Shown in pieces: positions 9,411 through 18,812 of a stretch of DNA of 64,000 bases. The DNA is from Pseudomonadota bacterium (GTDB lineage: Bacteria > Pseudomonadota > Gammaproteobacteria > Burkholderiales > Burkholderiaceae_C). Each line of letters begins with the position of its first letter. Within the stretch, counting starts at the first letter, position 1. A program made the translations under genes and the position numbers. Where the stretch lies: contig JAZJYT010000029.1 of assembly GCA_040390235.1 (NCBI GenBank), positions 1,473-65,472 on the forward strand, read 5' to 3'. A model generated the notes under the pieces. The model made no database searches, was not told the DNA's origin, and saw only the letters and a program-made list of their open reading frames with translations.

Positions 9411-9980
9411 ATGCAGATCGAAACCCCACCCGCCGTCAAACCCTACGAAAAACCCGAGGGCGAACGCCGCGGCCTCGTCATCGTCAACACCGGCGACGGC
9501 AAGGGCAAGAGCACGGCAGCCTTCGGCCTGGCCCTGCGCGCCCATGGCCGTGGCAAGGCGGTGAAGATCTACCAGTTCATGAAGGTGCCCAGCGCGCGTT
9601 TCGGCGAACACCGCATGTTCGAGCAGATCGGTATCCCCATCGAGGGCCTGGGCGACGGCTTCAGCTGGAAAAGCCAGGACCTGGAGCACAGCGCGCAGCT
9701 GGCGCGCGACGGCTGGGAGAAGGCCCGTGCGGCCATTCTGTCGGGCGAGTTCTTCCTGGTGGTGCTCGACGAGATCACCTACCCGCTGATCTACGGCTGG
9801 CTGCCGCTGGAAGGTGTGCTGGAGACGCTGCGCAACCGGCCCAAGGAGGTGCATGTGGTGCTGACCGGCCGGCGCTGCCCGCCGGAGATCGTGGAGCTGG
9901 CCGATACGGTGACCGAGATGCAGATGGTCAAGCACGCCTTCAAGGCCGGCATCCCGGCCCAGCGTGGCATCGAAGATTAA
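9411..9980 (+). CDS. cobO: cob(I)yrinic acid a,c-diamide adenosyltransferase
   Basis: From the internal ATG at 9411: [58 protein letters not shown]...[11 protein letters not shown], a CobA/CobO/BtuR family signature. Confidence 0.85.
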   Translation: MQIETPPAVKPYEKPEGERRGLVIVNTGDGKGKSTAAFGLALRAHGRGKAVKIYQFMKVPSARFGEHRMFEQIGIPIEGLGDGFSWKSQDLEHSAQLARDGWEKARAAILSGEFFLVVLDEITYPLIYGWLPLEGVLETLRNRPKEVHVVLTGRRCPPEIVELADTVTEMQMVKHAFKAGIPAQRGIED

Positions 9981-10007
9981 GAGCGCACGCATTCTCGCGT
10001 CCTGTTC

Positions 10008-10979
10008 ATGCACTGGTTTCCTCCGTTAGCCGCTGTGGCGCTGGCGCCAGCGCTGGCCTTGGCCGTCGACCGGCTGGGCGAGCCGCCAGCGCGTTGGCAT
10101 CCGGTGGTTTGGATGGGGCACTTTCTGGGTTGGGCCGGGCGGCGGTTTGCGCCGGCCGAGGCCGGGCCGCGTGACCCGCGGGTGTTCCGTGCCGGTGCTG
10201 CCTGGTGGTGCCTGGGGGCCACTGTCGTGGCAGGTGCCGCGCTGGGGGTGCAGGCACTGGTGCTGCAGTTGCCCACCTGGGCCGCGCTGCCGCTGCTGGC
10301 CTTGCTGCTGAAACCCCTGCTCGCCTGGCGCATGCTGCGTGAGGAGGTGGCGGCGGTGGAGACGGCCCTGGCCGAATCGCTGGAGGCGGGCCGGGCGCAG
10401 CTCGCCCGCCTGGTCAGCCGCGACGTGGCGGCGCTGTCGGCGGCCGAGGTGCGCGAAAGCGCCATCGAGACGCTGGCCGAGAACCTCAACGACTCGGTGG
10501 TGGCGCCGCTGTTCTGGTTCGTGCTGCTGGGCCTGCCCGGTGCGGCCCTGTACCGCTTCGCCAACACGGCCGATGCCATGTGGGGCTACCGTGGCCGCTG
10601 GGAATGGGCCGGCAAGTGCGCAGCATGGGCCGACGACCTGTTGTCGTGGCTGCCGGCGCGGCTCACCGCCGCGCTGCTGCTGGCGGGGGCTCCCGCAACG
10701 GCCTGGCGGGCCTTGCCGGCGCAGGCGCGGCGCACCCCGTCGCCCAACGGCGGCTGGCCCATGGGCGCCATGGCGCTGCGGCTGGGCGTGCGGCTCGGCA
10801 AGCCCGGCGCCTACCTGCTGCACCCGGCCGGGCGGGTGCCGCTGGCGGCCGATACGGCACGGGCGCTGGCAATTGCGGCAAGATCGGCGTTTCTGCCGGT
10901 GCTGACGGGGCCGCTGCTGGGTGCACTGTACGTAGCGGTCCATGCCGTCGAGGCGCTGGCCGCCACCTTGCCTCCATGA
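10008..10979 (+). CDS. cbiB: adenosylcobinamide-phosphate synthase
   Basis: 323-aa membrane protein with ...GEPPARWHPVVWMGHF... and ...NLNDSVVAPLFWFVLLGLPGAALYRFANTADAMWGY.., which are CobD/CbiB hallmarks. Confidence 0.85.
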   Translation: MHWFPPLAAVALAPALALAVDRLGEPPARWHPVVWMGHFLGWAGRRFAPAEAGPRDPRVFRAGAAWWCLGATVVAGAALGVQALVLQLPTWAALPLLALLLKPLLAWRMLREEVAAVETALAESLEAGRAQLARLVSRDVAALSAAEVRESAIETLAENLNDSVVAPLFWFVLLGLPGAALYRFANTADAMWGYRGRWEWAGKCAAWADDLLSWLPARLTAALLLAGAPATAWRALPAQARRTPSPNGGWPMGAMALRLGVRLGKPGAYLLHPAGRVPLAADTARALAIAARSAFLPVLTGPLLGALYVAVHAVEALAATLPP

Positions 10980-12019
10980 GCCCTGACACCTTCACGCGCC
11001 GCGAACACGGTGGGCCCGATGCCCGCGGCGCGGCGGCGTTCGACTTTTCCACCAACGCCAACGCCTGCGGCCCGTGTCCGCCGGCGCTGGCCGCGGTACA
11101 GCGCGCCGACGCCGGCCGCTACCCCGATCCGCACTACACCGCGCTGCGCGAAAAACTGGCGGCGCGCCACGCGGTAGCGCCAGGCCGCATCGTGATGGCC
11201 GCAAGCGCCAGCGACTGCATCTTCCGCCTCACCGCGTACGCCGCCCAGCGCGGGCTGCGGCGGGTGTCGGTGCCGGCCCACGGCTACGGCGACTACACCC
11301 ATGCGGCCCAGGCCTGGGAACTGGCGGTGGCGGTGCGCGACGAAGACACGCCGGTCTTCACCCGCATGGCCGCGCTGGCCTGGGCCTGCGACCCGGCCAG
11401 CCCGACCGGCGAGGACGATCCGCCGCCGTTTCCCGCTCCCGCGATGACCGCGCTGGACTGCGCCTATGCGCCGCTGCGCCTGTCGGGCCGCAGCGTCTGG
11501 TACGGCGCGCCGCGCGACCGGGCCTGGCAGCTCTGGTCGCCCAACAAGGCGCTGGGCCTGACCGGCATACGCGCCGCCTATGCCATCGCACCGCAGGGTG
11601 CGGAAGACGAGGCCCGCGCGCTGGAGCGCCTGGCCCCCTCCTGGCCCATCGGTGCGCACGGGGTGGCCCTGCTGGAGGCCTGGTGCGGCGCCGCTACCGC
11701 CGACTGGCTGGCCGAGAGCCTGGAGCAGTTGCGCGGCTGGAAGACCCGGCAGCGGGTGCTGTGCGACACCATGGGCTGGGACTGCGCCGCCGGCCATGCG
11801 AATTTCTACTGCGCCCGCCCGCCGCTGCCCGCCGGCATGCGCCTGGCCGAACTGCTGGCCGCCCTGCGTGCGCAAGGCGTGGCGCTGCGCGATGCGGCAT
11901 CCTTCGGCCTGGCGCACACCGTGCGGCTGTCGGTGCAGCCGCCAGCGGCGCAGGACGCCCTGCGCCGCGCCTGGGCCGCGGCCACGGCGCCGGCCCAGGC
12001 CGCGAGGCGCGCCCGGTGA
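10976..12019 (+). CDS. cobD: threonine-phosphate decarboxylase (class I/II aminotransferase fold)
   Basis: ATG at 10976 overlaps the cbiB stop (ATGA). It reads MSPDTFTRREHGGPDARG...DFSTNANACGPCPPALAAVQRADAGRYPDPHYTALREKLA.., the CobC/CobD type, and sits in cob operon context. Confidence 0.75.
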   Translation: MSPDTFTRREHGGPDARGAAAFDFSTNANACGPCPPALAAVQRADAGRYPDPHYTALREKLAARHAVAPGRIVMAASASDCIFRLTAYAAQRGLRRVSVPAHGYGDYTHAAQAWELAVAVRDEDTPVFTRMAALAWACDPASPTGEDDPPPFPAPAMTALDCAYAPLRLSGRSVWYGAPRDRAWQLWSPNKALGLTGIRAAYAIAPQGAEDEARALERLAPSWPIGAHGVALLEAWCGAATADWLAESLEQLRGWKTRQRVLCDTMGWDCAAGHANFYCARPPLPAGMRLAELLAALRAQGVALRDAASFGLAHTVRLSVQPPAAQDALRRAWAAATAPAQAARRAR

Positions 12020-12021
12020 GC

Positions 12022-13482
12022 ATGGCCCGCTGCATCATGGTGCTGGGCACCACCAGCGGCGCCGGCAAAAGCTGGATCGCCACCGCGCTGTGCCGCTGGT
12101 ATGCCCGCCGGGGCCTCAAGGTGGCGCCCTTCAAGGCGCAGAACATGAGCAACAACGCGCGGGTGGTGGCCGGCGGCGAGATCGGCAGCGCGCAGTACTT
12201 CCAGGCGCTGGCGGCGCACGCCACACCCGATGTGCGTATGAACCCGCTGCTGCTCAAACCCGAGGCCGACATGCGCAGCCAGGTGGTGCTGATGGGCCAG
12301 GTCGATGCCGAACTCTCGCGCCTGCCCTGGCGCGGCCGCAGCCTGAAGGTGTGGCCGCAGGTGGCCGCGGCGCTCGACGCCCTGCGCGCCGAGAACGACC
12401 TGGTGCTGATCGAGGGGGCGGGTTCGCCCGCCGAGATCAACCTGCGTGCCGACGACATCGTCAACATGCGCACCGCCCACCACGCCGGCGCGGCCTGCCT
12501 GCTGGCCACCGACATCGACCGCGGCGGCGCCTTTGCCCACCTGTACGGTACCTGGGCCCTGCTGCCGCCGGAAGACCGTGCGCTGCTGCGCGGCTTCGTG
12601 CTCAACCGCTTTCGCGGCGATGCCTCCCTGCTGGCGCCCGGGCCGCAGATGCTGCAGGAGCTGACGGGTGTGCCCACGGTGGCGACGCTGCCGATGTTCT
12701 GGCGCCATGGCCTACCGGAGGAGGACGGTGTGTTCGACGACCGCGGCGGCGCCACTGGTGTGGTGCACACCACGGTGGCGGTGGTCGCCTACCCGCGCAT
12801 CAGCAACCTCGACGAATTCCAGCCGCTGAAGAATGTGCCCGGCGTGCGCCTGCTGTGGGTGCGCAGCCCGGCCGAACTGGCGGGGTTGGCGGCGGCCGAC
12901 TGGGTGGTGCTGCCCGGCTCCAAGCACACCAGCAGCGACCTGGCCTGGCTGCGCACCCAGGGGCTGGACCGGGCCATCACCGCCCATGCGGCGCGCGGGG
13001 GCCGGGTCCTGGGCATCTGCGGCGGCCTGCAGATGCTGGGCGAGGCATTGATCGACCCGCATGGCATCGACGGCAACGGCCCCGGCCTGGGCCTGCTGCC
13101 GCTGGTGACCACCTTCGCGCCGGACAAGACGGTGCGGGCCACGGCCACGCGGTTCCGCAACCTGGCCGCACCCTGGCAGGCGCTGTCGCAGGCCGCCTGG
13201 CAGGGCTACGAGATCCACCACGGGCAGACCGCCCTGCACCCGGCGATGGCCGCCGCCGGCGACGTGGGCCGCGCGGTGCTGCCCGACGGCCTGGGCTGGC
13301 AAGGCGGGACGCACGGGCAGGTGCTGGGGCTCTACCTGCACGGGCTGTTCGAAAGCCCGGCGGTGCTGCAGGCGCTGTTCGGCGCGGACGCGCCCACGCT
13401 CGACACCGTTTTCGACGGGCTGGCCGACCATGCCGATGCCCATTTCAACCCCGGATTCCTGGAATCGCTGCTGCTGCCATGA
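12022..13482 (+). CDS. cobQ: cobyric acid synthase
   Basis: MARCIMVLGTTSGAGKSWIATALCRWYARRGLKVAPFKAQNMSNNARVV... followed by a C-terminal GATase-1 region (ICGGLQMLG). It is in frame within the 802-aa track ORF. Confidence 0.9.
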   Translation: MARCIMVLGTTSGAGKSWIATALCRWYARRGLKVAPFKAQNMSNNARVVAGGEIGSAQYFQALAAHATPDVRMNPLLLKPEADMRSQVVLMGQVDAELSRLPWRGRSLKVWPQVAAALDALRAENDLVLIEGAGSPAEINLRADDIVNMRTAHHAGAACLLATDIDRGGAFAHLYGTWALLPPEDRALLRGFVLNRFRGDASLLAPGPQMLQELTGVPTVATLPMFWRHGLPEEDGVFDDRGGATGVVHTTVAVVAYPRISNLDEFQPLKNVPGVRLLWVRSPAELAGLAAADWVVLPGSKHTSSDLAWLRTQGLDRAITAHAARGGRVLGICGGLQMLGEALIDPHGIDGNGPGLGLLPLVTTFAPDKTVRATATRFRNLAAPWQALSQAAWQGYEIHHGQTALHPAMAAAGDVGRAVLPDGLGWQGGTHGQVLGLYLHGLFESPAVLQALFGADAPTLDTVFDGLADHADAHFNPGFLESLLLP

Positions 13483-14531
13483 CCACCCCTGTAACTTTCA
13501 CCGTACCCGCCATCGCGGCGCTCGACGACCCCGCCCTGGAGCAGGCGCTGCGCCACGCGCTCGACGACAAGACCAAGCCTTTGGGCTCGCTCGGCCGGCT
13601 GGAGGCGCTGGCGCTGCGCATCGGCCTGATCCTCGGCACGACCGCGCCGGTGCTGCAGGCGCCGCAGATGGTGGTGTGTGCGGCCGACCATGGGCTGGCG
13701 GCGCAGGGGGTGTCGGCCTTTCCGGCGGACGTCACCGCGCAGATGGTGCTCAACTTCCTGGCCGGCGGCGCCTGCGTCAGTGTGCTGGCACGCCAGCACG
13801 GCCTGGCGCTGACGGTGGTGGACTGCGGTGTACGCACCGCCTTCCCGCCGCAGCCGGGCCTGCTGAACAAACGTATCGCCGCCGGCACCGCCGATGCCTC
13901 GTTGGGACCGGCCATGACGGCCGTGCAGTGCGCGCAGGCGCTCACCAACGGCATTGAGGTGGTGCGCGGCCTGCCGGGCAATGTGCTGCTGCTGGGCGAG
14001 ATGGGCATAGCCAACACCTCGGCGGCGGCCCTGCTGCTGGCACGCCTGGGCGGGGTGCCGCTGGCCGACTGCGTGGGGGCCGGCACCGGGCTGGACGCGG
14101 CCGGCATCGCCCGCAAGCAGGCCGTGCTGGAAACGGTGCTGGCCCGCCATGCGGCCGACGATGCCTTGGGCGCGCTGGCCGCCTTCGGCGGTTTCGAGAT
14201 CGCCACCCTGGCCGGCATGGTGCTGCAGGCAGCGGCCGAACGGCGGGTGGTGCTGGTCGATGGTTTCATCACCGGCGCGGCAGTGCTGGTGGCCGCCCGG
14301 CTGGCGCCCGCCGTGCTGCAGCGCTGTGTGTTCGCCCACCGCTCGGCCGAAGCCGGGCACCGCGCCCTGTTGGTCGCATTGGGCGCCCAGCCGCTGCTGG
14401 ACCTGGGCCTGCGCCTGGGCGAAGGCTCGGGTGCCGCGCTGGCCTGGCCGCTGCTGGTGTCGGCCTGCGCGGTGCTCAAGGAGATGGCGACCTTCTCCGG
14501 CGCCGGCGTGTCGCAGAAAAGCGCGGGTTAG
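13479..14531 (+). CDS. cobT: nicotinate-nucleotide--dimethylbenzimidazole phosphoribosyltransferase
   Basis: ATG at 13479 overlaps the cobQ stop (ATGA). It reads ...DDKTKPLGSLGRLEALALRIG...VVCAADHGLAAQGVSAFPADVTAQMVLNFLAGGA...LLLGEMGIANTSAAA...RLGEGSGAALA, canonical CobT motifs. Confidence 0.9.
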   Translation: MTTPVTFTVPAIAALDDPALEQALRHALDDKTKPLGSLGRLEALALRIGLILGTTAPVLQAPQMVVCAADHGLAAQGVSAFPADVTAQMVLNFLAGGACVSVLARQHGLALTVVDCGVRTAFPPQPGLLNKRIAAGTADASLGPAMTAVQCAQALTNGIEVVRGLPGNVLLLGEMGIANTSAAALLLARLGGVPLADCVGAGTGLDAAGIARKQAVLETVLARHAADDALGALAAFGGFEIATLAGMVLQAAAERRVVLVDGFITGAAVLVAARLAPAVLQRCVFAHRSAEAGHRALLVALGAQPLLDLGLRLGEGSGAALAWPLLVSACAVLKEMATFSGAGVSQKSAG

Positions 14532-14543
14532 CCGGAGCGGGCG

Positions 14544-15686
14544 CTACTCTGCTGATTCGGCCTGGTGCCGGCCCTTGTCCTTGGCGCGGTAGAGCGCGGC
14601 GTCGGCCCGCGCCAGCATGGCATCGAGTGTGTCGGCGGCGTTGCGGCTGGTAGTCAGGCCGATGCTCACTGTGCACTGCGGCAGCCCGGGCACACACGAG
14701 ACGTCGGCGCGGATACGTTCGGCCACCAGGTTGGCGCTGTCGAGCGCGGTTTCGGGCAGCAGGATCAGGAATTCCTCGCCGCCGTAGCGGCCCAGCCGGT
14801 CGTGCGGGCGCAGCAGTTGGCGGGTGCGCTGGGCAAAGTCGGCCAGCACCTGGTCGCCCACCAGGTGGCCATGGTGGTCGTTGATCTGCTTGAAGTGGTC
14901 GAGGTCGAGCATCATCAGCGAGAAGCTGCGGCCGCCGCGCGCGAAGCGGTGCAGCTCGTCCTTGCAGGCCTGCAGGATGGCCCCGCGGTTGAGCGCGGCG
15001 GTGAGCGAGTCGCGGGTGGCCAGCCGTTCCAGCTCGGCGCGCAGCCCGTCGGTGGCCATCAGGATGGCGCCGATGCAGAACATCACCATGCAGAGTGAAA
15101 ACCCGGCCGTGTACCAGACCTGCACGACATTGAGGTCGGCCGCGCTCTGGGCGCTCGCCCCGTGCGCCAGGGCCGAGACGCAGCGCAGGACCAGCAATAC
15201 CGCCAGCACCAGCAGGGCGGTTACCGCGAAGTAGCGCGAGAAGCACTTCAGGCCATGGCGCAGCAGGAAGACGGCGTGCGTGACCACGATCACCGCCATC
15301 AGCGTGTTGCCGGCCAGCACCCGGGCGCGGAAGTTCGGCCAGATCCAGACGAAACACGCCACCACTGCGGCCAGGGCCAGCATGGGCACGGCCCAGGGCC
15401 ACATGCTGTCGCGGCGGCCATGGAAACGCATGCTGCCGATGTAGAGGAACAACACCCCCGTGCTCAGCAGCAGGTTGGTCGCCAGGAGGGTCCAGCCGGG
15501 CGGGGCCGGGCCGCGGACGCTGAACAGCATGGCGGCGCCAGCGCACATCACCGGGCCGGCCGCCCATTCCCGCAAACCCCCGATCGAGGGGGGGTAGCTG
15601 CGCCGCAAAAAGACCAGCACGAAGGCCAGCACCAGGCTCAGCAGACCGCCGATGAACGTGATCGAGCGCGGGTCGAGCGGGTGCAT
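14544..15686 (-). CDS. membrane-bound diguanylate cyclase (GGDEF domain)
   Basis: 380 aa. The N-terminal ~200 aa are multi-pass membrane. The C-terminal region reads ...DLDHFKQINDHHGHLVGDQVL...LGRYGGEEFLILLP..., an active-site GGEEF motif. Confidence 0.85.
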   Translation of the reverse strand: MHPLDPRSITFIGGLLSLVLAFVLVFLRRSYPPSIGGLREWAAGPVMCAGAAMLFSVRGPAPPGWTLLATNLLLSTGVLFLYIGSMRFHGRRDSMWPWAVPMLALAAVVACFVWIWPNFRARVLAGNTLMAVIVVTHAVFLLRHGLKCFSRYFAVTALLVLAVLLVLRCVSALAHGASAQSAADLNVVQVWYTAGFSLCMVMFCIGAILMATDGLRAELERLATRDSLTAALNRGAILQACKDELHRFARGGRSFSLMMLDLDHFKQINDHHGHLVGDQVLADFAQRTRQLLRPHDRLGRYGGEEFLILLPETALDSANLVAERIRADVSCVPGLPQCTVSIGLTTSRNAADTLDAMLARADAALYRAKDKGRHQAESAE

Positions 15687-15687
15687 C

Positions 15688-16335
15688 TCAGGTGGAGTCG
15701 GGTGCCGGGGTCTTCGGCTTGTAGTCGCACCATGCCGCCACGGCGCATTCCCAGCAGCGTGGCTTGCGCGCCACGCAGATGTAGCGCCCGTGCAGGATCA
15801 GCCAGTGGTGCGCATGCAGCAGGTACTGCGGCGGCACCCGCTTGAGCAGCTTGTGTTCGACCGCCAGGGGCGTCTTGCCCGGTGCCAGGCCGGTGCGGTT
15901 GGAGATGCGGAAGATGTGGGTGTCCACCGCCATGGTCGATTCGCCGAAGGCGACGTTGAGCACCACGTTGGCGGTCTTGCGGCCGACGCCGGGCAGGGAT
16001 TCCAGCGCTTCGCGGGTAGCCGGCACCTGGCTGGCGTACTGGTCCACCAGGATCCGGCAGGTGGCCATCAGGTTCTTCGCCTTGGTGCGGTACAGGCCGA
16101 TGGTCTTGATGTACCCCTCCAGTTCCTCCAGTCCCAGGTCGAGGATGGCCTGCGGTGTGCGGGCCACCGGGTACAGCTTGCGGGTGGCCTTGTTGACACC
16201 CACGTCGGTGGCCTGGGCCGACAGCAGCACGGCGGCCAGCAGTTCGAAGGGAGTGGTGTATTCGAGCTCGGTCCTGGGCTCGGGGTTGGCGGCCTGCAGG
16301 GTGGCGAAAAACGGCGCTATATCGGCAGACTTCAT
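15688..16335 (-). CDS. nth: endonuclease III
   Basis: MKSADIAPFFATLQAANPEPRTELEYTTPFELLAAVLLSAQATDVGVNKATRKLY...LPGVGRKTANVVLN (HhH-GPD) ...CVARKPRCWECAVAAWC (4Fe-4S cluster loop). Only the last 215 codons of the 699-aa track ORF are real. Confidence 0.9.
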   Translation of the reverse strand: MKSADIAPFFATLQAANPEPRTELEYTTPFELLAAVLLSAQATDVGVNKATRKLYPVARTPQAILDLGLEELEGYIKTIGLYRTKAKNLMATCRILVDQYASQVPATREALESLPGVGRKTANVVLNVAFGESTMAVDTHIFRISNRTGLAPGKTPLAVEHKLLKRVPPQYLLHAHHWLILHGRYICVARKPRCWECAVAAWCDYKPKTPAPDST

Positions 16336-16554
16336 GGGCGCCAGTGTAGGGCGGGCGACATGATTCCGCTCGGAATGGATGAGTTGGAAAGAGGGCCGCG
16401 GACAAACCCTTGTTTGGCAAAATAAGGCCTCGTGTCCTGTAACAACACGCACATATGCGTTACTGTTAGGGGTCCCGCGGTAACGAGCCGGTAACGTCTT
16501 GCACCAGAACAACAACAACAGGCTCGCGGGTGGATCCACATCGGAGTAACGCCT

Positions 16555-17517
16555 ATGGAATGGCCGGGAATTCATTTGCCTGCGTATGCATCGGACCGCA
16601 TGCGGGTGCTGATGCGCGAAGTGGCGGCCTTCGCCGACTGTGAGCAGCCGGTGGTCGTCGAAGGCGAGACCGGCGTGGGCAAGGAATACGTGGCCCGGCT
16701 GCTGCACGAGGGCCATTCCACACGCTGCAACGGCCCCTTCGTGCCGGTGAACTGCGGCGCCATTCCCGAAGGGCTGTTCGAGTCCCTCTTCTTCGGCCAC
16801 GCGCGCGGTGCCTTCACCGGCGCCATGCAGCCCCATGCGGGTTATTTCGAGCAGGCCAAGGACGGCACGCTGTTCCTCGACGAAATCGGCGAACTGCCGC
16901 TGCACCAGCAGGTCAAGCTGCTGCGCTCGCTGGAAGACAGTGTGGTTACCCGCGTGGGCGCCGAGGCGCCCATCCCGACCAACGTGCGGCTGGTGGCCGC
17001 CACCAACCGGCTGCTGCGCGACATGGTGCGGCACAACAGCTTCCGCGCCGACCTGTTCTACCGTATCGCCGTGGTCGAGCTGCGGGTACCCAACCTGGCC
17101 GAACGCGGCCGCGAGGAGCGCCTGGCGCTGTTCGACGCCATGCTCTCGCAGGCGCTCGGCGACCGCGCCGATGCGGTCGGGCCGCCGCCGCAGTGGCTGC
17201 TCGACCGGGTGGGTGATGCGCGCCTGCCCGGCAACGTGCGGCAGTTGCGCAACCTCGCCGAACGGGTGGGTGTGGTGGCGCGCCAGCTCGGCCAGTGGGA
17301 CCGCATGCTCATCGGCCATGTCATGGCGCTGGCCGAGGACCATGCGGACACCGCCGCCGAGGCCGCGACCGCACGCCAGCACACCCACGACGCCCGCGAA
17401 CGCCAGCGGGTGCTCGACGCCCTCCAGGCGCACAACTGGCGCCGCCAGCCCGCCGCCGACGAACTGGGCATCAGCCGCAAGTCGCTCTGGGAAAAGATGC
17501 GCCGCTACGCCATCTGA
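16555..17517 (+). CDS. sigma-54-dependent transcriptional activator lacking any N-terminal sensory/receiver domain (PspF-like architecture)
   Basis: 320 aa. Walker A GETGVGKE begins about 38 residues from the N-terminus. The GAFTGA loop is present ([10 protein letters not shown]), Walker B is LFLDEIGEL, and there is a C-terminal Fis-type HTH ([16 protein letters not shown]). Confidence 0.85.
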   Translation: MEWPGIHLPAYASDRMRVLMREVAAFADCEQPVVVEGETGVGKEYVARLLHEGHSTRCNGPFVPVNCGAIPEGLFESLFFGHARGAFTGAMQPHAGYFEQAKDGTLFLDEIGELPLHQQVKLLRSLEDSVVTRVGAEAPIPTNVRLVAATNRLLRDMVRHNSFRADLFYRIAVVELRVPNLAERGREERLALFDAMLSQALGDRADAVGPPPQWLLDRVGDARLPGNVRQLRNLAERVGVVARQLGQWDRMLIGHVMALAEDHADTAAEAATARQHTHDARERQRVLDALQAHNWRRQPAADELGISRKSLWEKMRRYAI

Positions 17518-17581
17518 GCGCAGGCGCGCGCGCCGCGCGACAATGGAGGCCCGAAAAAGAAGACCTCTTCCCCTTCCTCCC

Positions 17582-18781
17582 ATGCCTGCCATGCAATTCG
17601 CCGACCGCCTCCAGAACGTCGAAACCTCCGCCATCCGCGAACTCTTCAAGCTGCTGGGCACGCCCGGCATCATCAGCTTTGCCGGCGGTTTTCCGGACAG
17701 CGCCATGTTCGACGTGGAAGGCATCCGCGAGGCCAGCGCCCGCGCCCTGTCCCAGGAGGCCGGCGGCGCCCTGCAGTACGGCGCCACCGAGGGCTACGAG
17801 CCGTTGCGCGAGCAGCTCTCCCAGTTCATGAAGACCAAGGGTGTGGACGTGGCGCCGCAGGGCCTCATCGTCACTACCGGCAGCCAGCAGGCGCTGGACC
17901 TGATCGGCAAGACCCTGATCAACCCCGGCGACAAGGTCATCGTCGAAGGCCCGACCTTCCTGGCCACCATCCAGTGTTTCCGCCTGTACGGCGCCGACCT
18001 GGTCAGCGCACCGATCGACGGTGAAGGCGTGCGCACCGACGAACTGGAAAAACTCATCGCCGAGCACAAACCCAAGTTCGTCTACCTCATTCCCACCTTC
18101 GGCAACCCCAGCGGCGCGCTGCTGAACCTGGAGCGCCGCAAAAAAGTGCTGGAACTGGCGGTGAAGTACCAGACGGTGATCGTCGAGGACGACCCCTATG
18201 GCGACCTGTACTTCGGCGAAACCCCGCCGCCGCCCAGCATCATGTCGCTCACCGCCGGGGTGCCCGGCAGCCGCGAATTGCTGGTGCATTGCGGCAGCAT
18301 GAGCAAGGTGCTGAGTCCCGGCCTGCGGGTGGGCTGGATGATCGCCCCGCCCGCGCTGCTGTCCAACGCCGTCATGTGCAAGCAGTTCAGCGACGCCCAC
18401 ACCAGCACCTTCGCCCAGGCCACCGCCTCGCAGTACCTGCAAAGCGGGCGCATGCCGGCCACCCTGGCCCACGTACGCAAGGTCTACGCCGAACGGGCGA
18501 AGACCATGGGCGAGAGCCTGCAGCGCGAACTGGGCGATGCCATCACCTTCACCCAGCCCGGCGGCGGCCTGTTCTTCTGGGCCCGGCTGACCGGGGCAGG
18601 GGGCAAGACCACCGATGCGGGGGCCTTCGCCAAGCAGGCGATTCAGCAGTTGGTGGCCTTTGTGCCGGGGGCGCCCTTCTTCGCGAAGAACCCGGACGTG
18701 GCCACGCTGCGCCTGAGTTTTGCCACGGCCGACGTGGCGAAAATCAGGGAAGGCATGGCGCGGCTGGGCAAGGCGCTCTGA
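17582..18781 (+). CDS. PLP-dependent aminotransferase, class I/II (2-aminoadipate/aromatic aminotransferase-like)
   Basis: From ATG 17582: MPAMQFADRLQNVETSAIRELFKLLGTPGIISFAGGFPD...YGATEGYEPLREQL...GSMSKVLSPGLRVGWM (PLP-lysine region). The upstream 258 codons of the track ORF are out-of-context read-through. Confidence 0.8.
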   Translation: MPAMQFADRLQNVETSAIRELFKLLGTPGIISFAGGFPDSAMFDVEGIREASARALSQEAGGALQYGATEGYEPLREQLSQFMKTKGVDVAPQGLIVTTGSQQALDLIGKTLINPGDKVIVEGPTFLATIQCFRLYGADLVSAPIDGEGVRTDELEKLIAEHKPKFVYLIPTFGNPSGALLNLERRKKVLELAVKYQTVIVEDDPYGDLYFGETPPPPSIMSLTAGVPGSRELLVHCGSMSKVLSPGLRVGWMIAPPALLSNAVMCKQFSDAHTSTFAQATASQYLQSGRMPATLAHVRKVYAERAKTMGESLQRELGDAITFTQPGGGLFFWARLTGAGGKTTDAGAFAKQAIQQLVAFVPGAPFFAKNPDVATLRLSFATADVAKIREGMARLGKAL

Positions 18782-18812
18782 GCCACCGGCGCCGCAGGCC
18801 TTACCATCACCC

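Noticed and set aside
16336-17787. The extension of the 699-aa minus-strand ORF beyond nth.
   Set aside because: Endonuclease III is complete from the ATG at 16335. The extension crosses the AT-richer promoter region and then runs antisense to the sigma-54 activator, which has clear Walker and GAFTGA motifs.
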